Positions 62,701 to 64,000 of a DNA stretch of 64,000 nt are shown here, one piece after another. Made by a program: the position numbers and the translations under genes. Numbering within the stretch: position 1 is the first letter of the stretch; the number at the start of each line of letters is the position of its first letter. The stretch lies in NCBI GenBank assembly GCA_977030845.1, contig OZ365114.1, positions 16,306,001 through 16,370,000 of the forward strand, given 5' to 3'. Below the pieces are notes generated by a model, which saw only the letters and a list, made by a program, of their open reading frames with translations, was not told the DNA's origin and searched no databases. This DNA comes from Fimbriosthenelais zetlandica. Taxonomy: Eukaryota.

Positions 62701-64000
62701 TACAAGTTTGAAAGGGTAAAGGTCTTGTCCCTGTCTTATATATTCTTCTGGTGGGCTCTACTTTGGAAGACAACTTCCAATTTAAATTTTAAATGTTCCT
62801 GCTCGAAAAATATAAAGCAAATCCAAGACTAGAACAAGTCATGAAGTTCTGCCTGATCAGCGCTGATTTGAATTTGATCCAATTAGTTCTAATCTGACTG
62901 CGGTCGAGAGGCAGTGACTGAAATCATATTCCAATGGCATCTAATTGCAGCTGGTGCACCAAATGAGACCACTAAATGTGTGGCATTTTTGTAAGGAGGC
63001 TCTTCGGCAAGTTCCCCTCAAAAGTGTGTTTGGCTTCGACAAATATGGTTGAGGCAATTATCCTTGATAGTTAGCAGTTTATATTTGGCACGCTATTCTT
63101 CGATGTAATCAATAATTCATTAAAGACTTCTATCTGAAACGCACATCATTTTCAGAAGTGCATTTAGATCAACGCACCATTAATCTTTATGCACCAGTGT
63201 TGCTTTTCTGCAAAATAAGCGACTTTTTCTCCAGTCTGAAGATTACCAGAGCTGTGCCAGGATCTGGGAAGCAGTCTTCTCAGGAATCATCCAATTTGCT
63301 AGTATTGGATTAGCTAATGGCCATCCTAATACGTTCGTTTCTGGATGGGCCAGTGATTTGGATCAACCCGACATAAACAAAAGATAATCGAGCCCTGCAC
63401 AGCCTCAGGATGTGGCTGCATGAGCCCCGAGCCCCATGCAGGAAATCCATATCCTGCTCTTCTGCCCCTCGGCCTTCCTATATACCAGAGCTTTATATGA
63501 TGCCTTGATGTGAAAGTGTATCGGTAAATAGGAGGAATCTAGCGGAGGCCTCTAGCATATAGTCTATTCCAGCAGACATACATTATGTTCATGGCATATC
63601 TAAGTTATAATTGGTGCTGCAATCCCAACAGGAGGATTAGAGACGAGATAAAAACTGGGTGACATAGAATCAAAAAGCTTGTCAGATAGTACTGATAACT
63701 AACTACGAGATACTGGATCATTCTGACGGGAGATGGACAGGTCAGTCAGACAAGTACAGTTAGTGTCAAGGCTGACAGAATGGTGACAGAGATAGTGACA
63801 GAAAGAAACATGTCAGCTATCAGGGCACAGAATCTTATACAGAATCCTGCGACTTTCAATTGCCATGCTACCTGAATCATTTGCGTAATAGAAAGTACTC
63901 TTAATTTCCACTTTTTGCCACACAAAGCTTTGGCCAGCATGAATGGAACAGGCGAAATGCAGCAGACTAATAAACATTGGCCTTAAGCGAAAAACTTCAA

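Larger units (their letters stand above)
38466..64000 (-). other. Large intron of HS6ST (more than 25.5 kb, continues beyond the window)
   Basis: Acceptor CAG at 38468-38466 with phase-2 entry (AG|A TAC). The missing 5' exon was not found in the window. No convincing nested gene. Confidence 0.75.

Noticed and set aside
39384-63940. Many 60-150 aa ORFs in the HS6ST intron (for example 53429-53791, 53905-54348, 57894-58277)
   Set aside because: No recognisable domains, often non-ATG starts, no consistent splice chain; expected by chance.

Overview
Eukaryotic (animal) genomic DNA, probably a lophotrochozoan invertebrate; this is an inference from a lumbrokinase-like protease and short GT-AG introns. 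I rebuilt seven spliced genes by hand and checked exon phases. (1) A 28-exon DUF4062-STAND NTPase-TPR gene, NPHP3/TTC41-like (minus, 9480-950). (2) A secreted chymotrypsin/fibrinolytic-enzyme-like S1 protease, head-to-head with gene 1 (plus, 10875-12770). (3-6) Four SLC16/MCT-family transporters: one on the minus strand and three tandem plus-strand paralogues. (7) The 3' two exons of heparan-sulfate 6-O-sulfotransferase (minus), whose upstream exon lies beyond an intron of more than 25 kb that runs off the window. There is also a clean Harbinger/Tourist-type MITE, a duplicated CpG-rich promoter-like element inside an intron, and several regulatory motif clusters. I cannot demonstrate a new biological system. 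The best leads are: the MCT cluster (no proton-coupling Lys/Asp, hypervariable TM1, a chimeric paralogue, a retained HNF4/DR1-like site, uORFs); the NLR-like STAND-TPR protein with a TIR-like DUF4062 domain; and a protease zymogen with Phe at its activation site. Most short ORFs in the supplied track, especially beyond 39 kb, look like non-coding noise.
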